A stretch of DNA of 64,000 bases from Klebsormidium nitens (taxonomy: Eukaryota; Plantae; Klebsormidiophyceae). The position numbers were made by a program, and so were the translations under genes. The number at the start of each line of letters is the position of its first letter. The stretch's first letter is position 1. Where the stretch lies: the NCBI GenBank assembly GCA_000708835.1, contig DF236963.1:248001-312000 (forward strand), given 5' to 3'. The notes under the pieces were generated by a model. It was not told the DNA's origin and searched no databases. It saw only the letters and a program-made list of their open reading frames with translations. Shown one piece after another: positions 36,319-49,500 of the stretch.

Positions 36319-38037
36319 CTAATAGTGGCCATATAGGCGGGCGTAGAGCTCCGACAGTGTCGGATCCCACTCGAAAGGAACTTGCACCTCGACCAAACTT
36401 TTGGAATGCAGAAGCTCGATAAGCGAGTGGACAAAGCTCATTCTGCTGACACCCTCCAGCGCCTCAGTCATCTGGATAACGAGCTTTTCCAACCCTTGCA
36501 GAGCAGCGATCGGCTTGGTAACCAATGTGCCCCACCTCATTATGCTGAAAGGCGAGGCCGTGAGGGAAAGCCTGGTGAGGTTACCAAGCTTCTGAAGCGA
36601 TTCTATCACTGCAACCATGTGCGCCACCTCTTTGCTCATTCTAGGCGCGTCGCCCTTCCGCATCTGCAAGTCCACCTCGACAAGGCTTCTGTGCGGCCCA
36701 ACAAACCTTAGCTGATTGACTCGTGGAGACATCATAAGCTTGAGTTTCCTGAGCGATGGACACTCTATGGTGAGCCACATGTCCCCCAACTCAACATTGA
36801 GTGTTAGGTCTTGTAGCGTGTCCCAACCAGCTACTAGGCACCACGAGCCCGGAGAAGGCTGCAGCTTGCAGCCGTACTTTTGAACTTTGCCTTTAAGGGG
36901 CATATGATCAGGATCGGTTACTGGAAAATCTGTGTCTACTTCCAGCAATCCCCTCATACCAAGACGATCGATAAGAATGTTGCAGTTGTGCAACTCGTCG
37001 TCCTTCAAGTGCTGGAAGCCATATAAGCGGAGCACCTTCAGCTTGGGGGCCCCATAGATTATGCTCAAGATAGTCTTCAGTAGAGGGTTGCCAAAGAGCT
37101 GACGACCTTTCTTGAGTTCAAAGTGCTCGAGCACTTTGCAATGGTGCAGGGCCAATAGGTCGTTGTTCTGTTGTGGTTCAACTTCGGAAGACGGGGTCCA
37201 ATCCAGGCGCAGAATCTGCAGTCTCTTTGCTACTCGTGTGGTCACGAGGTTGCGGACCAGGCTGTGGGTCATACTCATTGGAGATCGAAGGGACAGCGAA
37301 GTGAGGCTTGAGAATGGCTCTGATGAGTTCTGAATTGGTGAAAGGAAGCACCCAGAGCTCTCTAGGGACAGCTCCCGAAGCGAGGGCAACAGCGATAAGG
37401 AGGAAAGGTCCAGATCATGAGAAGCCGGCATCCCGGAAGCCAGCTCAACAGCCAGCTTTTCCAGATATATACTGCTCCCCTCCGTGAAAGCTCGCAGCTC
37501 CGCAATCCCAACTTTGAACAACGACACCTCCTTCAGGATAATTCCAGGCCCAGGATGCTTGACTGACAGAATGAGTGGCCTACAGCCAACTTGAGCGCCC
37601 CCAAGAGCTGGCCAAAATGCTCTGGACATCTCATCATACTCAGTGACGCAAGGCTCGGGCTCTTGGACGATGATGGTTCTGAGCTGGGGCCACGTCTCCA
37701 AGAAAGGGACGTCATCGCTGTTCACCCAGTCAGGGCACCCATCACTGAACAGAGTCAGTGTTTGCACGTTGGGGAAGCAAGCACCGAGATGTTGGAGCTG
37801 AGAGGGAGACCACTTGAACTCTACAGACCTTGGGACAACAGTAGAGAGGTCGAGCGAGCATACTTCTGGAAAGCACGTGGGTGCCTGCTCGAGACTGCTC
37901 CTAGTACACCGCAGGCGGAGATGGCAGCGACTCTGCCGCTCGGCCGCTCTGAACACCCGGCAGACCAAGGAGCAAGAGTTTCTGTCTTTGCAATGGGTAA
38001 TCCTGGTCAGAACAATTTCCAGAGCATGTTGCTCCAT
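36319..38037 (-). CDS. Intronless F-box/LRR protein (572 aa) with MAX2/TIR1/COI1-type F-box N-terminus
   Basis: LEIVLTRITHCKDRNSCSLVCRVFRAAERQSRCHLRLRC..APTCFPEVCSLDLS resembles the MAX2 N-terminus (RNSLSLV..LERSTRSHLTIRG..PDCF....LDLS). Followed by LxxLxL LRR units. Confidence 0.85.
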   Translation of the reverse strand: MEQHALEIVLTRITHCKDRNSCSLVCRVFRAAERQSRCHLRLRCTRSSLEQAPTCFPEVCSLDLSTVVPRSVEFKWSPSQLQHLGACFPNVQTLTLFSDGCPDWVNSDDVPFLETWPQLRTIIVQEPEPCVTEYDEMSRAFWPALGGAQVGCRPLILSVKHPGPGIILKEVSLFKVGIAELRAFTEGSSIYLEKLAVELASGMPASHDLDLSSLSLLPSLRELSLESSGCFLSPIQNSSEPFSSLTSLSLRSPMSMTHSLVRNLVTTRVAKRLQILRLDWTPSSEVEPQQNNDLLALHHCKVLEHFELKKGRQLFGNPLLKTILSIIYGAPKLKVLRLYGFQHLKDDELHNCNILIDRLGMRGLLEVDTDFPVTDPDHMPLKGKVQKYGCKLQPSPGSWCLVAGWDTLQDLTLNVELGDMWLTIECPSLRKLKLMMSPRVNQLRFVGPHRSLVEVDLQMRKGDAPRMSKEVAHMVAVIESLQKLGNLTRLSLTASPFSIMRWGTLVTKPIAALQGLEKLVIQMTEALEGVSRMSFVHSLIELLHSKSLVEVQVPFEWDPTLSELYARLYGHY

Positions 38038-38524
38038 TCTTAGCGAACGTCTGCACTAGGCTCGTGCTTCGACTCCTCCGCATTATTGGCTTTCCGCCAA
38101 GGACCAACCGAGCCGCCTCTCACTGCCAATACTCAAAAGGAAGCACACAGTTGCAGCGCTTTACTATTATGCCACCACTCCTACGTATGCGGCATGCCTC
38201 TGAAAGAATGGCGTTCTTGGCTTGCAAATTGAAACTTGAAAGCGAAACGTGGGCTATGTTCAGATTCTGATCCAGAATCTCTTGCTCAACTCCAGGTCAC
38301 AGGCCCCGAAAATCCGGAAGAAGGTCCTAAGGAGCAGCTGCTGTCTGGTAATACCCTAGAGCTTTTAAAAGTGGAGTCTTATCCACTCGAGATCCGCTCA
38401 CAACTTTCACACCCAGGCCCCAGGGCCAAATTCTTTGAAGTACGCAACCCTCAAGAGTCAAGGCTCAAAGTTTCAGCGAGCAGCTTTCGATCAGAATCAA
38501 AGCAGGAAGGACAGGCGGGCAAAC

Positions 38525-41500
38525 ATGGCTGGTGTTGCGCGTGCCGCCAGCTTGGGTTTGCCAACAGCCTGTGGTCTGGGAAGTTTTAGGAAGCAAGGGG
38601 ATGCGGCTGGGCGGCGAGCGGCAACGTCTAAGCTGCATTGTCAACGAGATGCATTTGTGAACTCTCCATTGCTTTTGCCGCCCGAGACTGGGAAGCACGC
38701 TGGGTTGAGCAGAAAAGAAGCGCGTGCTGCGCTGAAACGAGATGAGGGGCACGAGGGGGCCTCTGCAAAAGTGAGTTTCCGCAATGATAGTTCTTCGATG
38801 CATGCAGTCCCCTTCCAACAGGTGTGAATGACGCCAATGGCTACTCTGGATTCGTTCGCTTAGGTTCTCTGATTGATTTGGAGTGAGAATGCTAAATGCA
38901 TGCAAGCTACAAACTGAACATAGGATAAGTAGCATAAAAGGTCCAACTGGCCAAGAAGTGGAGCCTTCACAAATGTTGTGGAATGCTTGCTCAATGGATC
39001 CTTGGGGTTTTTGGATGGAATGCCTCGCTCACTGGATTGGCATTCTCCTGTCCCATGTCTCACCTGTCTAGCGGTTGTCTAAGTAAACAATCTCGGAGGC
39101 TCTTAGAGACTTGAAAACAACAGCCAACAGTAGTTTTCTCATTACTAATTGGTTGGACTCAACGGCGTGAGACTTGTGAGAGTTTCCAGCAAACTGATAC
39201 CCAACACAAGATGTGCTGCAAGATCTGGCTCGATGCTACTGACAGCTGATTCCCAACCTGGATATTCATATATCGATTGGTGCCGGTTACTGTGTGGGAA
39301 GGAGTGCACTCATCTGTTCCTTCTTCTTAGCAATACTTGATTGCTCTCGGTATGTTGTGGTGGCACTTGTTTATGTTTTCTTACCTCAAGAGAGGGGCCT
39401 TCATTCCTGATTGCCAAATGCAACCACCTTCGTCCGCTTTCGCAGACATCAATGCTGCTTGACATCTGTCATCCCTGAGGTTTGGGCTCCCATTCCACTG
39501 CCTTCATTTCCATTTGCTGCCATGAATGAGGTCCCCACTTATGGAAACGCTGAAAACAAGCCGCCTTTCAGCACTGAAGGAGCGGCTCTCCTCTGAGTCC
39601 AAGATGACTTCACCCACGCAGAGCCATTTGCCATCTGGGTCAGAGCCAAGCCTCAACCTCAAATATGCTCAGCCGAATCGCTCTGCTCTGGATTCACAAA
39701 GTTCTGGACTGCGACTGCATCTACCATAGCATCCTAAGAAGCACAGGTAACAGCCGCCCTTCCTGACACGCTACAGGAGGGCCTCTTCTCCGCCCTCAAG
39801 CGCTCCGCTGCCGCCGCCGCCCTCGCACTCACTCTCGCCAGCCCCAGCCAATCGCTTGCGACCACCCTCTCCCCGCCTCCTCTAAACCCCGTGCTCGGGG
39901 ACGTCTCCGTGCTCATCTCGGGACCCCCGATAAAGGATGCCCGCACGCTGCTGCGAAACGCGCTGCCAATCCAGGGCAAGGCAGTCAAGGAAGTGCAGGC
40001 TGCACTGGAGGGCATCACGGAGAGCCTCAGGCTACCCGGCACCAAGGGCTTTGACCAAGTCTCCGGGGTGAGCCGCTTGTTCATCTACCATGGAACCTCA
40101 ACGGTAGTGAAAGAGTCGGCGGATTCATCAGTATTTAGCGAACTGGAGCAAGGAGTGATGGTCTTTGGTTGCTGAGATGGTACCATCTGGCTTATCCGCT
40201 GATGTCAGTTACTGACAGCAAGATAGCTGTGACTCTGTATGTTGCTTCTGACGTCACTGCGGATGCATCCGTCAGTGCCCTGTTAACAAGTTGCTGAGGA
40301 GCAACTGGTGTCATGGATGTCTGCCACACCTGTTGCAGTGTCTCTTGCCAATTCTGCCATCCGTTGTGCTAGGAGGTGCACCACCAGCCATCTGACCATT
40401 GATCAGAAGGTGGGATTCACGCCAACTGGGAGTTGGTGACTCGACGGTTGATTCTGCATTGACAGACTGCTGACATAAGCACAAGTCTGATTTAGGTGCA
40501 GATTCTTTGACCTGGAAGTTAGTCACTCTACTCTTTGACTCGAACTCACGCCCCTGACGATCTCAACAGTAACTTACTTTCTACAAGCTACGTCGAGTGA
40601 GCTTCTTCTCACCAGACTTTCACCAGGCAACTGGCGCCCCTCTGATTTGCACATACCAGTGCTTACAACATACGAACCCATTCCTGCAACTATAGCACAC
40701 CGTCTCAAGCTCTGAGCTAAGCCCAAGCTTATTTTCATTGCAGGCCGTACGGAAAGCGTCTGGTGCTCTGAACCAGAACCTGGATGGCATCCTCAACGAG
40801 GTCCCAGAAGCCAAGAGGGCGGACGCGTCACAGCTGGTAGACCAACTGAGGGCGGGCCTGTCCGATTTCCAGCAAGTTCTGCAGGGAAGCAGCAAGGAGG
40901 CGGTGGCGACGAAGCAGAAGGAGCTCCTGTCGATTGTCGGGAAGTAAGTCCACGATCTCTCTTTCCAGCTCAGCCGGGCGTGCTTCAGGAGCGTGTCTGC
41001 AAAGGAGCTGCTGTTGATTGGAAAGTCGCGATTAGAAATCATTTGTGCCTGAGCCACCTCCGTTTACGCTCGCCAAAAGCGGAATCTTTTAGACCCTCAG
41101 AACGGTTCGCAGCTTGCATCGACTCCGTCAGAATTGGCAGGGCTTCCAGTAACGAGGGGAGTCTGACCACATGAGGCGTTAAAGCGACTGAAAACACCTA
41201 GGTCGTTACGAACCAGAAAAGGCAAAGGAGAAAGATTGTCGAAAGTGGTCCTTATGTTCTAGGAGATCAAACAGCTGTTTGCTAGTTTTTGCCTGTACAT
41301 CTTCAGGCAGGCGATGTTGCGTCACTTTCCACAAATCGGCCCAGCCAATAGGCAGTTTGGTCGCAAAGTCCTTGACGAGAAAGCCAAGAACGAAATGGAA
41401 GCTTGGGTGAAGGATTGCTGAGTTGCGGGTCCTATCTCCTCTTCACAACATCGACAGGGCGATGGTACGACGCTTTTCGTTCAAGTGGCGAGCGAAACGA

Positions 41501-44322
41501 TTCATTATTGGCTTATAAATCCAAGGGGAAAGAGTGACTTAAGGATAGATCCTACGAAGACATCCCTCGTCTACTAATAACTCCAGCCTTCTCGCTTTTT
41601 CCCTGCAGCATCGAAGAGGCGATGGTGCAACGCTTCCCCTTCGAGATTCCGGCGGAGTTCGCGGGAAAGCCGTGGCTCAAGGGCCGCGCAACGGTTGAGA
41701 TCAAGCTGAAGGTCAAGGATAATGCGAACCTGTCCAAGGTCACGATGACTGCGGTTGTGGACGGGTACAATGCGCCAATCACGGCGGGCAACTTCGTGGA
41801 CTTGGTGGAGCGGCGCTTTTACGACGGGATGGATATCCAAAGAGGTGAAGGCAGCGCTTGTTTGCGTCGTCGTGTGTTCGCATTGTATTTAGGTCCGGTT
41901 CAAATTCGAGTCTGGTTTAGCAACCGCCCTCATGAAAAGGTGTGGGTTCAGAGTGCTAGTCAATGGTCCGGGAGCAGCAGTTCTACGACGAAATGGAATA
42001 TGATAAGGTGTGGAGTCTCCATGTTAACGGATCTCAGTTTTTGGCTTCAATCACCGGTTGATGGCCGCTTTTCGAGGAGGCGTTTGGAAAACGCACTTGA
42101 CGGCGCCTGCAGAGGACCAATGGACTAGTCGTCACGAGATCGATTCCGTAGCATCCAGGCAAGCAACCGTGAACTTTAGGCACGTGCTCTTCAGTCGCTT
42201 TTGGTAAGTGTCTGCTCGCATATGAATCTGCCGCACTGTGGCACCTCCTAGGCACCGGGCTGACGTCACCACTTTGCTCTTGACCTCACGGTTGATGCTG
42301 ACGGGCGCGACCTTCGTGTGTGCAGCTGATGGGTTTGTGGTCCAGACGGGCGACCCCGACGGTCCGTCGGAGGGGTTCGTTGACCCGAACACGGGCAAGC
42401 TGCGCACCATCCCCCTAGAGATCAAGGTCATCGGAGACAAGCTGCCCATTTACGGCGCTACTCTCGAGGTGAGCCGGCCTGTATTCTAGTCCTGCTGTAT
42501 CATACATACGGTATGTAAAGAGACAGTGTATTCCGTGCTTTTTTTATTGTTCACTATCCGTTCATGTCGTGGGCATAAACACAGAGCATCAGAACGGCTT
42601 GAACGGAGAGTGAGGTTCAGCGCTCTTTCCCTACGCTCTTCATTCTCTGCTTTTTTCGTAAATACGGAGCACCATACTTTGAGACACAGCACAATACTTA
42701 GGGCAATTGAATCGGGCCCCTTGGGCTTTGTTTTTGAAAGCATCTGTGAGCACTTGAGCAGCTTCGAGTCGCTCAAACCGCTGGAGTGTTAGTTGCTCTC
42801 TGCTGTAACCATTCATCGGCGTCGAATCGAGCGCCTGCCATGCCATCCGGCAGATTCATATGAGAGTTGATCCGGTCGTTTTCAACGCGGTTATTTTCCT
42901 ACAGGACGAGGGCCGTTACAAGGCCCAAACCCGCCTTCCCTTCAACGCGTTTGGCACGATGGCAATGGCCAGAGAGGTCAGTCTCGACATCTTTGACCCA
43001 CTCTTATTTCCTCTTTAAGCATCGCTCCTCGCTCTTCGTTTTCTTTGAGAAGCCGACCTGGCAGTTGTCAATGATTACTTGATATGATCTAGTTCACCAT
43101 CTGCAGGCTCTGCATCGGATTCTGGTTTGCAATTTGTTTTACCATTCTGCAAAATTACTTTGCTGCAGCGAATCATGCGTGAAGAAGGAAGATCGGGCCG
43201 TTTTCGCTGCAGAGTCATCTTTCTGCCGAATAAAGCATTGAGACTGCCGTGTCTACAGTCTTACGGTCGATAATGGAGAAACCGAGTCTCAAATGTCCTG
43301 CTTTTCCTTTCCCCAGGAGTCCGACCCCGACAGCGCGTCCAGCCAGATCTTCTTATTTTCCAGGTCGATGCTACTTCTCAAGGAATTGAGGTGGACTCTT
43401 ATTTACTCGGGTGATCTTCTGCACATCCTGAGGTTATATCCTACCTTTCCTTCCCCCAGGAGTTCGACGCCGACAGCGCGTCCAGCCAGATCTTCTTCCT
43501 GCTCAATCCAATCGGAGCTGACCCCCCGCCAGGTCCGAAAATTCAAGTCCCAGAGTCGATACTGAGTTTCATGAGTTTGATTCTGAGGATCTTGAAATAA
43601 CATTCGTTTTACTCCCTTCCCCAGGAGTTCGACCCCGACAGTGCGTCCTGCCAGATCTTCTTGTTTTCCAGTGCGAAGCTACTTCCTAAGGATTTGAGGG
43701 AGAATTATGAGAAATTGAGGTGATCCTGCATATTCTGAGGTCATATTCTTCCTTCCTTTCCCCCAGGACTTTGACGCCGACAGCGCGTCCAGCCAGATCT
43801 TCTTCCTGCTCAAGGAGTCGGAGCTGACCCCCGCCAGATCCCAAAGTAAATTCCCAGGAGTGGATCCTGAGTTTCATGAGGAAGGTTTTGAGGATCTTGA
43901 AATAACATTCTTTCCCTTTTGTTCCCCCAGGAGTTTGACGCCGACAGCGCGTCCAGCCAGATCTTCTTCCTGCTCAAGGAGTCGGAGCTGACCCCCAGCC
44001 AGATCCGAAGCTAATTTTCCAAAAGGCGATCCTGAGTTTCATGAGATTGATTCCACGAGATCGATTCCGAGGATCTTGAAATGGTTGCTTTATTTCCTTC
44101 CCCCAGGAGTTTGACGCCGACAGCGCGTCCAGCCAGATCTTCTTCCTGCTCAAGGAGTCGGAGCTGACCCCCAGCCAGGCCAATATCCTGGACGGGCGCT
44201 ACTCCGTGTTTGGCTACATCGTCGATAACGAGGACTTCTTGGCGGACCTCAAAGTGGGCGACTCCATCGAGAGCATGCGGGTCGTGCAGGGCATCGAGAA
44301 CCTGCAAAACCCCAGCTACAAG
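38525..44322 (+). CDS. CYP38: Thylakoid lumen cyclophilin CYP38/TLP40
   Basis: Exons 38525-~38822 (transit peptide), 39777-40067 ([21 protein letters not shown]), 40744-40943, 41609-41844 ([27 protein letters not shown]), 42326-42468 ([10 protein letters not shown]), 42905-42976 ([13 protein letters not shown]) and 44107-44322 ([25 protein letters not shown]). The last few codons are uncertain. Confidence 0.97.
43295..44180 (+). repeat. 6-unit tandem array of polypyrimidine tract + CAG + start of CYP38 exon 44107
   Basis: cccag|GA(G/C)T(T/C)(T/C)GAC(G/C)CCGACAG starts at 43317, 43460, 43625, 43767, 43931 and 44107 (real). Spacings 143/165/142/164/176. Confidence 0.97.
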
Positions 44323-45249
44323 GTGGGTGGAGTTTCAAATTTGATAGTGAAGCTCCATGTCAAGGCTGATATTAGGCTGCGCCTTTTCCTGTAGGATCCG
44401 GACTTGAAAACCTGAGCCGCGATCTTGTGATGGCCCAGATCGTTTCGTTCAGTAGATGGAAAGGGCCGGATGCAAAGGCGGTCTGCTTGTCTTCAAATTA
44501 GGCGATCCGATCGGAGACGCCATGACGCCGTGTATGCAATCGCCTCCCTATGTCGGCGGTAGACGACATCTGAAGCGGAGCGAGAAAAAGGTAGATATGA
44601 GTAACTCGTAACGTCTGCTATGGTCTGGAGTCGTGCAGATTGCTTCTTCTTGAGGATCTTCGCAAGATTTGATCTGGGACTCAAGAGGGCCGGTCCGCTG
44701 AACCTTGATATAGGGTCCTCTTACTCACTTTGTATGGTCTACTGACTGGAAGGAAAGCTTCTGAAGCGACTTGTGAGTCTTGTTACGAGGACATGAGTAT
44801 GAGCCAAGTCCTAGCTTTAAACCTAGGGGTTCGACAAATTCCTGAGGGCCTTCTTTAATCTTTTGCAGTGACCGTGATCTTCCATTGGTCCACCATCTGG
44901 ACTGCTTCCGAGTTGCACAAGCTACAATCAGGCAGAGCACTAGTTTTGCAAGTTACTTCAGACAGCTTACGAAAGCTCTGCTAACAAACAGCAAGCAAGT
45001 TTTGGTGTTTGTGTGTCGCTTGCGCGAGGTATCAGGTAGTCCGTTGTGCTAAACGAGATTCATATATGGAGCGTTTGCAAGCAGTCTTTCCTCCATGATG
45101 CGTTTGCTTTTGAAGTTGCCATTCAGCCCAATTGCAAGGGCTGAAACTGTTTGCTATCACCATCAAGTTTGCCTTGCAAAGACTCGGCCCAGTGAAGAAC
45201 CTACGGGCTGCAGATGGCTTCAGACACCGAGGGATCGTCCTACTCATGC

Positions 45250-45930
45250 ACTCACCAGCCCGTATGCAAGTGAGTGCATGTCCACAACCGTGCTAAGTCA
45301 AGCGCGGATGAGCGAACATTCATGGGGTCGCAGGGTACATGCACGCCATTATATGCAAGCCGGCAAGCGCCGCATAGGCACATGCCAATACGGTCGCGCC
45401 AACTTGTTAAAGCTATATTCGGAATATTACGGCCGGCTGCAGCTACGTACAACACAGCTTGTTTGTATCTGCGGCTTGTTAACATCGCATAATTATCGCG
45501 CAAGAGAATGATCCCATCACGGCATTACGGTCGGTGCCAGAAACGAGTTAACAATCGATGGCGTCACTGCCTTGCAGCATCTGCGTCTAGATAAATCGTG
45601 GACAACCTCGCCTAATACGTATACGTAGCTATAAGTGGTACAGGCTTGCCCATGATCCCGGGACAAACGTACATGCATGCCTATCATTAGATTGAGGCCA
45701 GATCAGAATTTCCCGATCCCCAAAGCATGCAAAATAAAGTCACTAGCACCGTGCAATGCAGCTGGCCGGCAAATCAGTTGTGCAAGCTGTCATGACGTGT
45801 AGTTTTAAATATGCATGAACTATCCGGCGGCCTGCTGTGAACCAACATGACGTCGAGGCAAACTGGACAACTACTAACCGTGTGACACTGGAGGAGCCCG
45901 GTGCAACGTCATGTTATGCATTCGACAGTC
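45250..45930. other. CATG/TGCA/TACGTA-rich tract in convergent intergenic gap 4
   Basis: gtacatgcacg, acgtatacgtagc, gtacatgcatgcc and atatgcatgaac words, with no credible ORF. Confidence 0.55.
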
Positions 45931-46522
45931 TTGTCGTGACGACCGTGTGATTTCTATTGAGAACTGTGGGATCCCGTCGATTGTAAGAGGGGCTTGATTT
46001 AATGCCCCTTTAAAGTAGGCCCCTTTGACAATCCAACGCCGGAAAGATTACTGGTCTTGTGCATCTACTTCACCGGTCAACGATCAGGCCCAGTGCTGTG
46101 TAGTAGAGTCTGCAAATCAGAGACTCCATGGAAGAACACCGGTGAAAGTGGTGAAAGTCCACATCAAAGACTTGTAGAGCAACTACCAGTGTCTTATCAC
46201 CTGAGTCGAACTGCTTTCTGAAGAGCAATGTGCTCTGTATCCTGCTGCCTGCAAATTTATATCAATTGTCAGCATATCAAGGAACGTAATCAAGCAACTT
46301 TATTGCACGTTTATGTTCTGCCCAAATCGTTGGAGGAAAGAACGCACTGTCCTTTCTTACGTTTGACGGCAATGCGCAGCTACTTCGAGCATTTATCGGG
46401 CGATTATCTACAGTCAGCGAGTAGCTGTGCTCGTATGTATAAACTGGATTGTTTCTAAACACTTTGATGAAGTTGATTTCAAAGAAGGGATAAGGACGGC
46501 AGTAAGGGCAGTTCACTGTAGG

Positions 46523-49500
46523 CTATAAGTCAAGAGTGGGCCGTCTGTCGTCTTTCCGGCGATGCTGAGCCGGTCGTGTTTTCTCTTCCTCCCTTTGCTT
46601 CCTCTCCTTCAAACGGATCAGCACCGTTCGGTACGGTATCAGAAAGTGCTGCAACCCTGCACAGAAACAAGTCTCGTCTGCAACTCGCAACACGCACAAT
46701 AATATTAAATGCCTCAAAAACCTTAACAGAGACCTGGTCGGTTCTGAGGTGCCAGTTGCCCGTTCAGACTACTGCAAGCTCGGGGATCGGAGAGCGTTCA
46801 GTCCTGAAACGAAATTTCAAGGGTTGCCAACAAGAGGTGAGGCTAAGGCGTTCTCAGATTTGGACGAGCGGACAGATCATCAACCTTTGAGTTGCTTCAG
46901 GTGGGGACATTTGCTCCCTGCCTACAGCCAATTTACAGATTTAAGCATCAAACCAGTGGCACAATTCGCCAAAACCAACTTACTTTGAAGGGTTCGAACG
47001 TATGGTAAAGCTAACCAGTCTGACAAGAACTCGAGGACAGCACGCAGCCTTCTTTCTCTGGCGCAGGCCTTCTTTTAGCGACTACTTTTTATATTAAGTA
47101 TACATCTGCAGCGACTCACCTTGTTGGCACGCCATTTCATAAGCCTCCCCCCAGGGATATACGAGCTCCACCTTCTTCCCGTCAGCTTTTCTAGGCCGGC
47201 TCCTGAGGCATCTTAGGAGCTGGACATCCGCCTGGAAGAATCAACAAGCACGTTCAGGAATAGAAAGTGCTTTGACATGGAAAACCGACCAACTAAACCT
47301 GAAGCACGGAGGCAACTTCCCAGGCCGTCAATTGGCAGCGGATAAGGACGAGAGGACTGAGATCGTTGAATTGCCTAAAGTTTGTGTTCTTGTGAGACCG
47401 AGAGAGAGCTGCGATATCCGTCCTGGACACCAAATGAGGTCGTCTTATCGTGAAATGTAGAATGATTGGAAACCTGTAGCACTAAACTTAGAGGAGACCC
47501 AAAATGGTGCGTGGCACAGAATAAGAGTGGATACGAAACCGGGGGAGTGGTGATTTACATCCAGGTGTTCAGGTCCGCTTTAAGCGTCTCTGGCCCACTC
47601 GAATGCGCTTCACTACTTCTGACGTCCTGCTTTCTCTCCGTCTGTCTGTTGCAGTTCACTTATTCTGTTGCCCCAAAGACCTAGGGTAGGACAAGAACTA
47701 GGATGGGCAGCTCACCTCTAGGAGTACTGACTGGTCGTGCGAGTCATACGCCATGTCGTGGCGGTAGCAGCAGTTGTCTAGCCAATCAACCGGCGCCTGG
47801 TCCCATGTTTTTGAACCATCGTCTCGCCCACTGCTGTAATTGGGACCACAGTAGCGGCCATAGCGAGGGAACAACCGGCTGAGGGCCGCTCTGCAGAAGG
47901 AGAACAAGATCTTATTCTTATTTTCATCTGTGTAACTAACTAGGATGGGAATGGGGGCTACACTATAGTAGTCCAGTTGTAAACCAGAAGAGGAGACTCT
48001 GAAAGACTTTTGGGGTCCGTGAAAGTAGGGAGATCAGTCTACTCTGTGTGGATCTGAAGTAGACTCCCTCAGATTTAGAATGATTAAAAGGAGCAGTCCA
48101 CTTGGGATCAGGTTCCTGTATTGGTTGGGCGTTTGCCACGAATTCGCGGCGGGAGTCAATGGGAGCCACTTGTACATGATCTACCAGCTATCAGAAACCA
48201 GTGTCCACAGAGAAGTTGGGGAGCTTCTACTGGAGATCTACCAAAGCTGATAATCATCTTCGATGCGAAGAGGAGAACGTGAAGTGAATAGAGCAATAAT
48301 AACATGTCTCTCAGCAGGCCTCACAACGCTTGAAATCTCTTCGAGTTCTGCCAAGATCGGAGTTGACCATTGGAAACTACCCCCTTTAGGGACTGATCAA
48401 AAAGGACAGTGTGGAAGCCCTGTAGCCAAGTCCTAATTTATATACCAATATATCCTTGTAGAGAGAAAGCATCAAAAATACTATTTGAGGCGCCTGAAAG
48501 AGGAATGAGAGCACAAGTCTAACACATCAGCGAATGTGACGTCTTATCAAGGAGACGCAGATCAGACACACCCATTTCTCGGTTTAGAAGGAACCGAGAG
48601 GTCCTGCGATACCTTATTAAGTTCCATGAGACTCCAGATAGAAGTAGACAGATCTAAAATCATCAGAGGAGATGGCAATTGGATCGCAGTTGTTGCAATG
48701 CGTCAGTGTGTAGTGACAACATGGAGCAGACTAGAAAAAACCCGCATCCAGAACCATAACGAAGTCCTTTTCCTCTTCCCAACTTCCATGGCGGTCAGAT
48801 TATGCCTGACATCAGCAGGTCCAATGACAATAAACCGAGGATTGGGTACGAACTGGCGGTATGCGTAACGAGATCTGAAAATTGGAGATAACTGTGGTTG
48901 GTACTCACAGAATTGGATCATTATCTTACTCAGGTTCTCTGTGTCAGGGATTAGTGGAAGCCAATGCTCATAGGGAAGTCTACTGGAAAGGTTTTCTAGT
49001 GAGCTGATTGTAGAAGTCAACCAAGGGAAGTCTACTGGAAAGGTTTTCTAGTGAGCTGATTGTAGAAGTCAACCAAGGGAAGCAGACACGGCTCCCTGGC
49101 CAGCCGAATGCATCAGAAGCTGCTAATTTTGGCGAGCCTCTGTTTGGTTGAGAATCAGGCACTCCCCACGTGGAGTTTAACGTTGTCCAGTTTGCGACAA
49201 AAATATTCTCAGCTAGGTGTTTTTCTTTGCTGCAGACTGGCCGGCTCCTGGGTTACACAGTGGAACAAAAGCAGTCCGCTTGCTTGAAAGTTCCAGTGTA
49301 TCTTCCCAAACGCCAGTACATGCAAGATCTTGCACAAAAACATTATGAACATGCCCAGACTGCATGTAACGCATGCCCTCAGTGTGAACAGTATCCAAAG
49401 TCAAGCAGATTGAAGCACAAACATTCCGATCATGCTGTTCTTAAACCTTCACGTGCGCTTGTTACATGCTCTGAAACACCCCATTCATTGCAATCATCCC

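Noticed and set aside
43317-43532. Units A (47 nt) and B (73 nt) used as micro-exons would sum to 120 nt and stay in frame
   Set aside because: Their would-be donors (GTCGAT, GTCCGA) are weak, and the insertion would disrupt a highly conserved CYP38 segment. Probably coincidence.
43295-44180. CRISPR-like repeat-spacer interpretation of the intronic arrays (also 20462-20850 and 62715-63545)
   Set aside because: The repeats are copies of the host gene's own exon start, the spacers are homologous to each other, no cas genes are present and the context is eukaryotic.
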